Of a stretch of 64,000 bases of DNA, positions 40,190-54,945 are shown piece by piece. Below the pieces are notes generated by a model that was given only the letters and a program-made list of their open reading frames with translations, had not been told where the DNA came from and made no database searches. Every line of letters starts with the position of its first letter. The stretch's first letter is position 1. Location: the NCBI GenBank assembly GCA_009914755.4, contig CP068257.2, positions 40,512,001 through 40,576,000 of the forward strand. The letters are read 5' to 3'. The stretch is from the human T2T-CHM13v2.0 reference genome, Homo sapiens. Both the position numbers and the translations under genes were made by a program.

Positions 40190-41495
40190 AGGACAGAGTG
40201 GAGTGAGGGTGAGTGAGGGGCAGATTCAGATGGCTGTTCAGGGGCGAGTGTGGGGAGACTCGTGGCTGTGCGGGGGTGAGTCAGGGGAGACTTGTGTGGC
40301 TGTGCAGGGGTGAATGGGGGGAGACACATGGCTGGGCAGCAGTGAGTGGGGGGAGGCTTGCATGGCTGTGCAGGGGTAAGTTGGGGAAGACTCCCATGGC
40401 TGTGCAGGGGTGAGTTGGGGGAGACTTGCACGGCTGGGCAGTGGTGAGTAGGGGGAGACTCGCATGGCTGTGCAGGGGTGAGCTGGGGAGAGACTCACTT
40501 TGCTGTGCAGGGATAAGTGAGGAGGAGACTCAAATGTCTGGGCAGGAGTGAGTGAGCGGTGACTCACATGGCTGGGCAGGGGTGTGTGAGAGAGGGAGAC
40601 TCACGTGGCTGGGCAGGGGTGAGTGAGGAGGAGACTCACAAGGCTGGGCAGGGGTTAGTAGGGGGTGACTCCTATGGCTGGGCAGAGGTGAGTGGGGAGA
40701 GGCTCCCATCGCTGGGCAGGGATGAGTGAGGGGAGACTCATGGCTGTGCAGGGGTGAGTGAGAAAGGGAGACTCCCATGGCTGGGCAGGGGTGAGTTGGG
40801 GGAGACTCATATGGCTGGGTAGGGGTGAGTGGGGGGAGACTCCTATGGCTGGGCAAGGGTGAGTGAGAGGAGACTCATAGGGCTGTGCAGGGATGAGTTG
40901 GGGGGAGACTTACGTGGCTGTGCAGGGGTGAGTCGGGGGAGACTCGCATAGCTGTGCAGGGGTGAGTGGGAGGAGACTCACGTGGCTGTGCAGGGGTGAG
41001 TGGGGGAAGACTCGCATGGCTGTGCAGGGATAAGTGAGCAGGAGACTCACATGTCTGGGCAGGAGTAAGTGAGGGGTGACTCACATGGCTGGGCAGGGGT
41101 GTGTGAGAGAGGGAGACTCACATGGCTGGGTAGGGGTGAGTGAGGAGGAGACTCACATGTCTGTGCAGGGGTTAGTCGGGGGTGACTCCTACGGCTGGGC
41201 AGAGGTGAGTCGGGAGAGACTCCCATGGCTGGGCAGGGGTAAGTGAGAGGAGACTGACAGGGCTGTGCAGGGGTGAGTGAGAGAGGGAGACTCACATGGC
41301 TGGACAGGGGTGAGTTGGGGGAGACTCACACGGCTGGGTAGGGGTGAGTGGGGGGAGACTCCTATGGCTGGGCAGGGGTGAGTGAGAGGAGACTCACAGG
41401 GCTGTGCAGGGGTGTGTGAGAGAGGGAGACTCACATGGCTGGGCAGGAGCTAGTGAGGGTGAGACTGCATGGCTGGGCAGGGGTGGGTGAGGGAT
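40190..41495. repeat. Large G-rich minisatellite (VNTR): about 35 copies of a 36-38-bp unit GGCTG[T/G]GCAGGGGTGAGTGAGGGGAGACTCACAT
   Basis: Direct reading over 1.3 kb. The period is not a multiple of 3, so the many minus-strand proline/serine-rich ORFs (40000-41434) rotate frames and are artefacts. The + strand carries recurrent GGGG/GGGGG runs. Confidence 0.95.
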
Positions 41496-42007
41496 GAGGA
41501 ATGGAGGCAAAGAGCAGATTGCTCCTTAGGGACCTGGGTTGCTAATGGTAAGAGGCTGCTGAGGAGGCTCCTGGTTGCAGAGAAGGGTTTGTTTTCGCCT
41601 TGTGCAAGATGGGCAGGTTTGTGGGCTGGAGGGCAGGAGGCGAAGACACAGCCTGGATGAGGGGGAGGAGGAGGGGCTTGGGAAGCAATGGGGAATGGGT
41701 CGCTGTGAGCAGAGGGCCCTGCCAGCTTCGGATGGAGGGGCAGTGGTGAAGGAGGGAACGTGAGTGGACAGATGTTAGGGCTCAGTGGGGGGTGCGGGGT
41801 GCAGGGTTGGGCCCGCTGGTGGAGTGGAAGTCGGTCATGAGGGATGTGCCAGGTGCCCAGTCCTCAGTGCGGTCAGAGGTGAGCCCCAGGTCAGAGTGCA
41901 CGGCCTGGGGAGTGTGGTGAGTAGTTAATGGGTGCGAGCCTGTTGACTTCTGCCATTAAAATCTCTTTATTTTGAGATAATTATTATAAGAAGAGTCGAT
42001 AAGATAC

Positions 42008-42074
42008 ACTGCACTCCAGCCTGGGCGACAGAGCAAGACTCCGTCTCAAAAAACAAAAAACAAACAAAAAAAAG
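42008..42074 (+). mobile_element. Severely 5'-truncated Alu (3' terminal roughly 65 bp plus A-rich tail) flanked by a 19-bp target-site duplication
   Basis: Alu part: acactgcactccagcctgggcgacagagcaagactccgtctcaaaaaacaaaaaacaaacaaaaaaa. Flanks aagaagagtcgataagata (41990-42008) and aagaagagtagataagata (42073-42091) match at 18 of 19 positions. Confidence 0.85.
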
Positions 42075-43373
42075 AAGAGTAGATAAGATAGTAGTTATCA
42101 GAAATAATACAGAGAGCTCATGCGCCCACCTCCCATTGCCCGTGGTAGCATCCTGCCTGACTCGGGACTCTCTGCCCTGTGTTCTGGTCCCTGGGCTCTC
42201 CTCATGGTGGCCATGCCCCTGGCATTCCTGTCCTGGATTTCTAAGCCATCTTTGACCTAATTAGAAAGCCTGGCCTACCAACCTGCAGACCAGCTGGGAG
42301 AACCCTTAGCCCTGACCCAGTGTCTGGCATGGGCCTCTGGGTTTTAGAATGGGGCTAGTGATCAGAGGAGCTAGTCAAGGTCTTTGGTTGCAGGCCACAG
42401 AATATGGGCTGAGAATCCAAGAGGCCAGAGTATGTGGGAACTTGGAGCCGGGGGAATAGCTAAAGAACCAACCAAGAAAGAGCAGTTTCCAGGTAGCTCT
42501 GGGGATCCACGTAGTTGAGTCTGCAGGTCACTGCCCTGGGAGGAATTGCTTTTGACAGTTTCACCTCCATCCCTCCATCACCCTGATCTGGGTTTCAAAC
42601 TAGAGTCTCCTTGGCCTGGCTTGTATCCCAGCCCCACACTTGGCCAGGAGGTGGAGCTCCTTGATTGACAACCTCTAAGCCTGCACACAGGGTCAAAGGC
42701 AGCCGTCCAAAGTCAGGCAACTGTGGCCAGAGGAAGGAGAAAGAAACAGACTAATTTGACCCCCAGATCTTGGTTCGATGTTGGGTCAAATTATGGCTGG
42801 CACCAGAGCCCAGAAGTTGCAAGGACACTCAAGTGAGAACGTTTGGGTGTAGAGGTGCAAGACAAGTGCATCTGAGAGTTCGAGTCCCAGTGTGGACGTG
42901 TCTGGCATTGTGTAGATAGGCAGACTGTGCTGAAACACGTGTAGATCAGTGGCAGAGAACAAAAAGACCTTTAGTTTTCTGGGAAACTGTACTTAAAACT
43001 AGTTATGCATCTTGCCGTCATGAAACAGAGTCACTTATTGCCAGTAATCTCCCTATGAGAGTCTACTCAAACTCAGATGGTTTATTTTTTATAACTTTAA
43101 CCTGGGGACTATGATGTTTGTTTTACTTACTTGTGTGGAGAAATTATATTTACTCATGCTTTGTTCATTTATAGGAAATTGGACTTACTTCCCAACCATA
43201 TTACATTAACCTATGGACTAACTTGTTTTAATAACCCAGCAGCAATATAAAAGAATGGCCATAGATTCTCTTTGAATAAGGAAAACATCTGTTTTTCTTC
43301 TTAAATAGAAAAAAACTCAGTAAGTCTATTAATGATGATTAAAGCTGATTTAAAATACACAGCAAGACTTTCA

Positions 43374-43692
<319 letters not shown>

Positions 43693-43844
43693 AGTGGTCT
43701 AAGGGCAGAATTTCCCCCTTAACATCTAGGAAGACCCGCACACAACAAGAGGAATAAGAAACATGAGCTCTATCTGTAATGAAATCTGGGTGTACGTGAG
43801 ACCTCAAGCCATGGAGGTGGAAGAGATATCAAAAGCAGCAGCTG

Positions 43845-44110
43845 GCCGGGCCCAGTGGCTAAAGCCTCTAATCCCAGCACTTTGGGAGGCCGAGGTGGGC
43901 GGATCACCTGAGGTCAGGAGTTCAAGACCAGCCTCCCCAACATGGTGAAACCCCATCTCTACTAAAAATACAAAAATTAGCCGGGCGTGGTGGCGGGCCC
44001 CTGTAATCCCCACTACTCGAGAGGCTGAGGCATGAGAATCGCTTGAACCCGGGAGTCAGAGGTTGCAGTGCGCCGAGATCACGCCACTGCACTCCAGCCT
44101 GGGCGAAGCA
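43845..44110 (+). mobile_element. Alu SINE (sense, 3'-truncated with no A tail), roughly 150 bp downstream of the previous Alu
   Basis: ggccgggcccagtggctaaagcctctaatcccagcactttgggaggccgaggtgggcggatcacctgaggtcaggagttcaagaccagcctccccaacatggtgaaaccccatctctactaaaaatac...gcactccagcctgggcgaag. Confidence 0.9.
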
Positions 44111-44119
44111 AGGGTGCAG

Positions 44120-44760
44120 GAAGAAATGGAGACAGAATCTTGCAGCCGCACATTTCAGAAAAGGCCATGGAGGATCGCATCACGAAGGCAAAAGCTGGTA
44201 TGCAGCAGGGAGATGAGGTCCGTGCGCAGGCAGAGGGGCACCTGCACCTGTGTTGGTTCTGAGAAGTGGAGGATGTGTGGCTGAATGAAGAATTACCCAG
44301 CAAACCATACGACGAGGAAGCCGTGTGTTGATGTTGTACCTTTTCATTAGAAAAAGAGAAAGCGTCCCATGTACACGTACGAGAGAACCAAGATCAAACG
44401 CGTCAGGTCATTTAATATAAACGAGATAAACAGAAGAATCAAAAACTCAATCCCGTGCCTGTCCAGGAGAGAGTCCTAAAGCTCTGTGACTGAGAGAGCT
44501 TGTAAAATGAAACGATGGGCGAAGAACGGATGGACAGCCTCAAACAGAAACGAAGCTGGGTTTATATCCTTAATGTCAGGTAAGGCTGAGTTCAGGGAGA
44601 AACACACCAACGAAGACCAGAATAGGTTCTTTAGAATAATAAAGAATGCAATTGACAACAGATATGTCCCAACTACAAATATTTATGTACCAAAAAGGTG
44701 CTTCACCATGCATAGGGTGAAAATTGTGGGAGATACAGTGAGGTACGTGTAGGGCCACGA
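44120..44760 (+). mobile_element. Ancient L1 (L1M-like) fragment, sense strand, including the ORF2 endonuclease-domain N-terminus
   Basis: ORF 44486..44752 (...AGFISLMSGKAEFREKHTNEDQNRFFRIIKNAIDNRYVPTTNIYVP...) parallels L1 ORF2 ...AGVAILVSDKTDFKPTKIKRDKEGHYIMVKGSIQQEELTILNIYAPN. Boundaries are approximate. Confidence 0.5.
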
Positions 44761-45439
44761 TACTAATAGGAGACTTTAAAGAAAATAACTGTTGTAATGT
44801 ATTCAATTTCTTTTTGTATTTTCCCCAATATTTTACTATGAAAATGTTTTAAATACACAGAAAAGTTGAAAGAATTGTACAAGAAATGCCCACATGCCCT
44901 CCTCCTATGTCAGGGGTCAGCAAATTATAGCCCGTGGGCTAAAGCTCACCCACTACCCGTTATTATATGGGCTGCAAGCTAACAATGGTTTTTCTGTTCT
45001 TAAATGGTTAAAAAGTCAAAAGAAAAAATATGTTGGGACACATAAAAATTATATGAAATTCAACTTTCAACATCTACAAATGAAGTTGCATTTGTTTTAC
45101 AACAGAACCCAGGCACACTCATCATTTGCATAGTGACTATGGCTGGCTTCTAACAACAATGGAAGAAGAGTCGAGCCATCGTGACTGAGATTGTCTGGTC
45201 CATAAAATCTGCAATATGCATTCGGCCCTTTATAGGAAAGTGTACCAAACTCTTCCTAGATTCTAAAATGAACATTTTTCTATTATTGCTTTATCACATA
45301 TTTGCCAATTCCTCTGTCGACAAATCCACTGGTTTTTCGGATGCATTTTAAAGTAAGTTGTAGACACCAATGCACTTCACTTTGCAAGCGCTTCAGCATG
45401 CAGATCATTAATTGGAGTTCATTATGAGTTTATAATTCT

Positions 45440-48400
45440 TTTTTTAAATAAAATTTACAAACAGCAATGTGCATAACTTTTAAGTCTCATCCAAACCTCT
45501 CTCACAATGCAGAATGTTAGCCGAGAATCCCCTGTGACCTTTCCCAGGCACTATGGAACCACTAAGGCAACCACAGTGTTGAATTTTCTTCCCTGGGGAT
45601 GAGCTTTGCTGGCTCTAGACCTTCATATAAATGGAGTTGCACAGTCTGTACTCCTTTGTGTAAGATTTCTCTCACATGGCATGGTGTTCTGAGGATCACA
45701 CTGTTGCATGCAATGGTAGGCCAAGCCTTTGATGGATGAGTATTGTTCCACTGTACAAATGCACCATGGCTTGTCAGTTTGCTCTCCTGGTGACAGACAC
45801 ACAAGCTGAGTCCAGGATTTGCTTTGACTTGTCTTGGGTAAATATCTAAGAGTGGGAGGTTAACTCATGGGGCTGTTGCATATTTAATTTTATAAGATCC
45901 TGCTGGACATTTTTCCAAAGTGGCTGTGCCATTTTGCCTTCCAACGTGTGAGAGTTCTCATCATACTACATCTTTCCCAACAATTGGTGTTGCCATTCTT
46001 TCTAATTTTAGCCGTTCTGTTGTGATCTCTTTGTGGCTTATGGGTATTTTCCTGATGTTGATGATTTTTGCATGTGCTTTTTGGACATCATGTATCTTCC
46101 TTCGTAAAGTAAAAAGTTAGATGGGCTCATGCCTGTAATCCCTGCACTTTAGGAGGCTGAGGTGGGTGGATCACCTGAGGTCAGGAGTTCGAGACCAGAC
46201 TGGCCAACATGGTGAAACCCCATCTCTACTAAAAATGCAAAAATTAGCTGGGCGTGGTGGCACACGCCTGTGATCCCAGCTACTCGGGAGGCTGAGGCAG
46301 GAGAATCTCTTGAACTTGGGAGGTGGAGGTTGCAGTGACCTGAGATCGCGCTACTGCCTGAGCGACAGAGCAAGACTCCATCTCAAAAAAAAAAAAAAAA
46401 AAAAAAGATTAGATGGATTCTTGTCATCTAAATGTTCTTGTGAACATTTGTGTATCAATATTTGTGGATTTGCTCACTGTGAACATTTGTGTATTTGCTC
46501 ACAGATGAGTAAGACTAAGAATAATAGTCTTGAAACATTCATCTGTGAGCAAATACACAAAAAACAATACTGGAATAATCAGTGAATTGGTTAAAAATAA
46601 ACAGCTCTTTTTAAAAAATTAACTTTATTGAGATGTAATTTGCACATTCAACAATGCACCCGTTGTAAGTATACAGTTCAATGCATATGTCCTGAGGGAA
46701 GGTTTGAGGTTCCTTTTTCTTGTTCTCATATGGATCCCCTGTTGTTCCAGTACCATTTGTTGGAAAGACTATCCCTCCTTCCCCCATTCAATTACCTTAG
46801 CATTTTTTGTCAACAATTAATTGAGAGTATATTTCTGGACTCTCTGTCCTGTCCCATGAGTCTTTATGTCTATGTTTATATCCATACTACAATGTCCTGA
46901 TATAAGCCTTAAAAGTATGTAGTGGAAGTCTTCTAATTTTATTCATTTTCCAAAAAACTTTTGGCTGTTCTAGATCCTCTGCATTTCCATATTAAATTTT
47001 TGAGTCAGCTTATCAATTTCTACAAAAAAAGAATGCTAAGCTTTTTAAAGAGTTTTGCAGAATTAATGTTATTTCTGCCTAAAATGTTTAGTAGAATTCA
47101 CCAATGAAGCCATCTGGGGCTACAGTTTTCTTTGAGGAAAGCTTTTAACTACAAATTCAATTTCTTTAATAGATACAGGAATATTCAGGTTATTGATTTT
47201 TTTCTTGAGTGAGCTATGGTAGTTTGTGTTTTTCAAGAAATGTTTTTCAATTAACTTGTCAAATTTATTGGCATAAAGTTATTCATAATATTCCTTTATT
47301 AATCATTCTTTTAAAGTTTGTAGTATTTATAGTAATGTCCTCTTTATAATTTCTGATATTGGTGACTTCTGTCTTTTCTCTTTTTTAAAAATTTTTTTAT
47401 TTTCCTGTCTAGAGATGTATTAATTGTGTTGATCTTGTCAAGTAACTTGGTTTTATTTTCATTGATTTTTCTATTCCTTTTTTCTCTTCTGTTTCGTTGA
47501 TTTCCACCCTCAGGTTTATCATTTTCTTCCTTTCATAATTTGAGTTTAATTTGCTTTTTTCTTCCTTCTTGTGTTGCATATATGGATAATTGATTTGAGG
47601 CCTTCGTTCTTTTTTTTACATAAACATTTAATGCTATCAACTTCCCATTAAGTGCTACTTTAGCTGCATTTCACAAATTTTGATATGGTGTGATTTTATT
47701 TTCATTCAATTCAAAATATTTTCTAATTGCCTTTGTAATTTGTTCTTTAGCCTATGGGCTATTTAAATGTGTGTTATAATTTCCAAATACTTGACAGATT
47801 TTTCACATATTTTTCTCTTATTGATTCCTAGTTTAATTATCTTATGGTTAAAAAAGAAATACTACATAATTCGAACCACTTTATCTTTATTATGATTTGT
47901 TTAATGGCCTGGGATATGGTCTATCTTGGTAAGCATGCTACATGTACTTGGAAAGAATGTGTATTTATTTGTCAGTAGTTGGGTGGAGTGTCAGTAATTG
48001 TGAACTGGGCAAGCAGGTTGATAGTGGCTAGTACTTTGTTCCTGAGTAAGGAACATATTCTTACTAACTTCCTGTCTACTTGTTCTATCAATTACTGAGA
48101 AGAATGTTTAATTGCCAACTCTAATTGCTGATTTGTCTGTTCCTTCTTTGAGATCTGTCAGCTTTTCCTTTATGTATTTTTGGAGTTCTATAATTAAGTA
48201 CATTGACATTTAGAATTGTTATATCCTCATAATACATTTCTTCCTTTATCATTCTGAAATGTCCCTCCCTATCCCTGGTAATATTCCTTGTTCTAAAGTC
48301 TACTTTGCCTGATGTTAACATAGCTATGCCAGCTAATTTCATGCCTAGTATATGCATGGCATATTTTTTCTCATGTTTTTAATCTTTAATCTATCTGTGT

Positions 48401-49080
48401 CATTATGTGGATTTAAAGTCAGTTTCTTGTAGACAGCATAAATTTGGGCCCTGCTTTCTTGTCCAGTTTGACAGTCTTTGTCTTTTAATTGCAGTGCTTA
48501 GCCTGTTTATATGTGAGATAATTTGGGTGTGGTTGAGTTTAAGTCTACTATCTTGTAATTTGCTTCATTTGTCCCATCATTTACTTGTTTCTTTTTCCTT
48601 TTTTCCTCTCCTATTTTGATCAATTGAATATTCAGTATTTTTTTTAAATCATGGTAAAATACCCATAACCTAAAATTTAAATTGAGTGTTTTTTAGTGTT
48701 TCATTTTATCGCCAAAACTGGCTCGTTGGTTGTACTTTTTTTGTTATTTAGTGGTCGCTCTGTTGCTTTTTAGTATCAGGCTCTAGGGCATCTTCATTTG
48801 TCACAGGCCATCTCCAAATCACAGGACACCTCTTCCCCATGTAGTATAAGAACCTTACAACTATAACTGTGTACTTTCATTTCCCCACCCTCCCTTTGTA
48901 TTATTGTTTTCATACATTTTACTTTTACACATGTAGGATACACATGAGCCCTACAATACATTCCACATCATTTTTAAGCACTTCTTTTACGATCACAACT
49001 TAACAGAAAAGTAATTTTTAAATACAAATATCATTAACATAAGATGTCAAAATGACACAGCAACTACACGGCTTCTTCCT
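45440..49080 (-). mobile_element. Old L1 element (antisense), roughly 3.6 kb, interrupted by the Alu at 46124-46406
   Basis: The + strand shows L1 antisense ORF2 3' sequence (ccaaagtggctgtgccattttgccttccaacgtgtgagagttctcatc...ccaacaattggtgttgccattctttctaattttagcc; ...ccattcaattaccttagcattttttgtcaacaattaattgagagtatatttctggactctctgtcctgtcc...). Minus-strand ORF 48121..48357 (AGIAMLTSGKVDFRTRNITRDREGHFRMIKEEMYYEDITILNVNVLNYRTPK) is the L1 ORF2 EN-domain N-terminus. AT-rich and frame-broken throughout. Ends are approximate. Confidence 0.6.
46124..46406 (+). mobile_element. Alu SINE (sense, slightly 5'-truncated) inserted into the old L1, with flanking target-site duplication
   Basis: gatgggctcatgcctgtaatccctgcactttaggaggctgaggtgggtggatcacctgaggtcaggagttcgagaccagactggccaacatggtgaaaccccatctctac...ctccatctcaaaaaaaaaaaaaaaaaaaaaaag. 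Flanks aaaagttagatgg (46111-46123) and aaagattagatgg (46404-46416). Confidence 0.9.
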
Positions 49081-50169
49081 CTTGCTTCTAGAATGTACTG
49101 TTTGTACTTCAGTTGCAGCATTTTTATGCTGTTATTATTTATTTGTCTTTCTCTTGCATTAGACAATAAGGCCCTTGAGAGTAGAAACAATATCTATTCA
49201 TCTCGTAACTTTAGCACAATGCTTGGCACTTGGCGGGAGGTCAACAAATGTTGTACCATCACGGATTTCCTGACTGTCCAAGTGACTGACTGACTGAATG
49301 AAGGAATGATGAGCCTGCGGAAACACACATACCACACGCAGGTTGGGGCAGGCTCTAGCACACGCAACCAGATAAGCACCCGCCCCCTTGATAACTTTTA
49401 TGTGCGCCTCCTCCCCTCTGTCCTCACCTCTCAATGTTCAGCTTCTCATTTAAAATTTGGCAAGAGGAAAGAGGAAATCATGGACCATCAAAGAGTGCCT
49501 TAAAGAGAATAGACTTTTAAAAGTCACAAATAGGACTCAGGTGGACCCTAAGTTTGGCTGCCTGCCAGGAGCTGCTGAACGTGGCCCTGTTGGGTGCGTC
49601 ATTGTGTCTGGAGGCCTTGGGTGTGTCTGTATTGTGAACAAATGTGACTGTGGGTGAGGTCTGGAAACAGAGAGTGGGTCACTCTGGATCCGTGTTCTAG
49701 CTGGGCCTGGAAACTGTCCCAGAGCCCATGCTTGCTCCTGATCTCATTGGGCAAACTGAGACATCTTAGCAGCAGCACCAACTGCAAATCATTCTCTGCA
49801 ACTAAAGCGGAGCATTGAGTGCTTAATAATGTGGGTGTTAATTGTTTGGGATATAAAAATTTCATGCCTAGAGCTTTAAAGTTGTACCCCAAATGCTTTC
49901 TAAAGCGGTTGTGTGCCTCAGGAATAGTTAAAGCTGCCTCACAGTGTACAACAGTGTTCTCAGTTCTAAAAATGAGGATGTGGAAGTATTTCTCTTCTAG
50001 CATTTTGAGTTCAGAACAATGATAGCATTATGTTATACTTCACTCTGCTTTACTGACCTTTCTCTAATTTTTTAATCCTTGAATGTTGGAATGATTAGAA
50101 AAATGTTCACAACGTGCTTTAATAAAAGTTTCTACATAAATAAACAAAAAACCAAAAATAATAAAATAA

Positions 50170-50565
<396 letters not shown>

Positions 50566-52896
50566 TAACATTATTTAAAAAGCTAAAGAATTTTCTTTCA
50601 AATGTAAAATTAAAATTAAGTTCAACAGCCTTCCTGTTTCATTTATTGAGCACGGATTTCTTTTGCATTTTTGATGGGGAGAGGTGGGTTTTGTCATCCG
50701 TGACTCTGATAGAAGACCGATGGGGTGACTTGCTTGAAGGGAGGCAGGAAAGTCTCCGCCAAGTGATCAGCATTTGCTCTCAACGTGCTTCTGTGTTTCC
50801 CACACGTGTATGGATCGGACTCATGTAGAAATGCCTCCTGCCACTGCATCACGGAACCAGCAAGCCCTTGAAGGCCACGCGCCACGGCGCTTCAGGCGTT
50901 CTTTTGTAGCCCAGCGGCCTGCTGTGCAGTGATCCAAGTGGAGTCGCAGGTAGTAGCAGTGGGGCAGGGCTCATGGCTCTGCCTCTTACCACCTCCCCGT
51001 TGTTCTCCCGAGACTTGGGCAGTGGGCGGTGGAGAACCACTGACCTCGGCTACTGCCTTCATTTAAACAAGGGGAAACTGTGGCTCTGTGAGCTTCCGTG
51101 GCCTGCCAAGGTCCCATGCACCCCTCCCTCGACCCTTGCCGAGACAGAGCTGGCCTCGATGGGGGTCTTCTGACTCCTGGGCCAGCGTGGTCTCCCTTGC
51201 ACCCGCATTCTCGGAGAGGGCAGCAGTGGCGGTGTGGAGGAGAGGGCATGCCTTGAGAAGCGCCGGCACCTCTGAGCACGTGGGTGAGACCCCGGCCAGC
51301 TGAGCACAGGTGACCCGCTGAATTAGTGGCCAGGGCTGCCAGCATCCAGGGGGTGTTGGGACCCGGAACCTCTCTGAGCTTGAAGGCTAAGGCTAGGATC
51401 CCGCGAGTAAGCCTGTTCTCGGTCCATTTGGGCCCTGGCCAGTGTGGAGACGTGCCAGGTGTGATGGCACGGGAGAGGGGACCTCTCGTTTAGAGGTTGC
51501 CCAGGGAATGGCAGTGAGCCCAGGAGATCCTCCAAGGGGAATCGGGACAGGACTTTTTCCGCAGAAAACACCCCATGTGGCTCATCAAAGAGGAGAGGCA
51601 ACCCATCTGTTCCAGAACATTCCAGATCATCATTTAAGACCCCCAATGACTCTATCACAGAAGATAGGGTCAGTATCTCCTTTGCCTTTAAAGAGGTCAT
51701 CACCCCTAGAGCTTAGAGTTTTCTAGAAGTGTTCAGCCTGATTCAACCAATTCAAAAACTACTCTAAGAAAGCAAACCAGGTATTGTTTTAGAAGTTCCA
51801 TGAACTCTTCCAAAATGATCAGGTACCATTTAGTTAATGACTACTCTGGAGTATTTAATGACATTCCAGCACCTGAGAACGTTGGTTTCATCTCATAACA
51901 CTCGCTAAAATGTGTGTGGGTGGGAGAGAGAAGGAGAGAGACACAGAGAGCTAGTTTGGAGAAATAATGTATAAATGCAAAGGTTTCTCTACACCTCTAA
52001 AATGCTGCTCATTCCTCTCTCGGTGGCCTGAATTAACAGCCAGTTCTGTTTCTATTTTGGGGAATTATTAGCTGTAGTTTCTTTAAAATGCCGTTTATCA
52101 CTCCATTATGGTTAAAGGTTGTATTAGTCTGAGAAGCAGCCGCCTCAAACCGGCCTAAGCAAAACAGGGAGTCCCTTGGCTGACACAAATGGAAAGCCCA
52201 GAGTGCACCCAAGCGGCCCTTGGCCAGGCTTTAATGATGTCATTAGTCTCCCCCAGCCCCTTCCGATCCTCTTACCTTTCAAAGGTGCTTTCTGGGCCAG
52301 GCTGGAGAGGAGGCAGGTGGACCCTTGGGTTTCACATTCTCCTTGGTGCAACACATCAATGAAGGGAGAGAGCTTTTCCCATTGGCTCAGTGCTGGTCAG
52401 GAGAGAGTCTGATTGGTCCAGCCTGAGTCACGTGAGTGGGCTTAAACCAATACCATAGCCAGGAGGTGGGGTGCTCTGATTGGTCAGGTCTGGACCATAT
52501 GGTTGGCAAGATGTCAGCCCCATCTGGGCCAGGTGGAAACGATCCCTCTTGGGAAAAGGGGTTGGTTGACATCAGAAAGGCACGAAAGGGTACTGTACAC
52601 ACAAAACTCACCAGCCCCTGTTTTTCTGGCCCTTAGTTCATGTCTTAAATGACCTTAATCTTGACAGCCCTAGGAATAGCGCCAATGATACCCTCCTAAT
52701 CCTCCCTGGAACAAGGCTGGGTCTCAATACATAAATGTATAACTATATACTGTTTTATTTTAAAACCTCGTTGCCTGCTGTCTCTGTAGTTACTGCCTTG
52801 ATTGTGTTTAGCTTTTAGTCTGGCTTTATTTCTTCATATATAGGCCATTTGTTCTAGCAATATACATTTCAAACTCGATTTCAAGAATTCTGAGAG

Positions 52897-53264
<368 letters not shown>

Positions 53265-54562
53265 TTAGTGAAGTCATCCCTCAATGCCTCTAAGTAGTGA
53301 GTTTTTTAACACTGGAAGGTCTTGGCAATTTCTACTGTTCCACGTACTGTCCTTGGTTATTTGAATTGCTTAACAGACTGACCTTCAACCTGCCAGGAAT
53401 GCCTCCTGCAGAGGAGTCCCATGGATGTCCTTACTCTTCCTGGCAATGGCCTTAGAAATGTCAAACCATTTTCCCAGTGGCCCTCAAGCACTTCTCTGCA
53501 CCCCTTCACCCAAGCCACTTGCCTGCAAAGAAGCCTCCCGATCACTCCAACTTCCCTTCGAAGCTTCTCAGCTTCTTGGCTCCACGTGCTTTCTCTTGGC
53601 TACCATGTGGATTTTTAAAATCTGATTATTTTAGTAAGAAATGACCTCAGACCACAGTTTTGAAGTTGGCTTTATGAAGCACTAACAAACCACTTTAGAT
53701 CTTTAGGGTCAGGGAACCTAACCTTGCTCCTTTGCTCACTTGGCCATCGGCTGAGTGGCTTCTTCCCTACATACATCTGCAAGCGGATGGCCAAGTGAGC
53801 AAAGGAGCAAGGTTAGGTTCCCTGACTCTAAAGATTTAACCCCAATATAGACATGACACACTCCTCTCTTCCATCCAGAAGGTGTCCTGCTCCATCTGAC
53901 AGCAAGTTCTGTCTCCTTTGGGCTTCTGCAAAACATGGACATTTGATCAAACGCTGCTTAAATGTCGGCCATGTTTTGGATGCTCGAGTGGCCATGCGTG
54001 TTCGTGTGTCTGAGCGTGTGTGTGCAAGTGCACAGAACTTAGCTCCATTAATTAGCCTGTCAACCCGAGGTTGGAGACCAAGTTTTCCGGAGCTTTGGAT
54101 TCTGCACGGTGCCTTCCTAGCCAGCACTCAATAAACACTTTTAAATGAACTCAAGACCTGCTTCAAGATTTACAAAGGTGTTTTCCTTCTGTTCCACTCC
54201 CGGGTCTGCACCTTGCCCTCACAGATCTGAAGCTCACAGGACCTCCAGCACCAGCCTGCTCTTACACCCGCTCAGCTGCCAGAGCCTTCTGGGGGTTTTT
54301 GATGGCCACACAGTCACAGCGGGAGACAGGGCAGCTGCTTTGGTGTTTCTTTCTGGAACCTCAAAATGGTGCATGCTTTAAGATTGAAGATCTGAACATG
54401 CAAAACCCAACACTGAGGTATCAGTGCATGCCCTGGAAGAGCTGAGGCTCACCAGAGCCTTCCTGCCGGGCTGCCAATGCGCTTCCCAGAGCTGAAAAGG
54501 ATCACAAGGTGACTGGGGAGACATGATCGCCAAAGCCTAACCTCAAACTCACAGTGAAATAG

Positions 54563-54945
<383 letters not shown>

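Noticed and set aside
40000-41434. Series of minus-strand Pro/Ser/His-rich ORFs (SLTPAQPCESP...)
   Set aside because: Translation of the 37-bp G-rich minisatellite. The period is not divisible by 3, so the peptide repeat drifts between frames and ORFs break every 70-110 codons.
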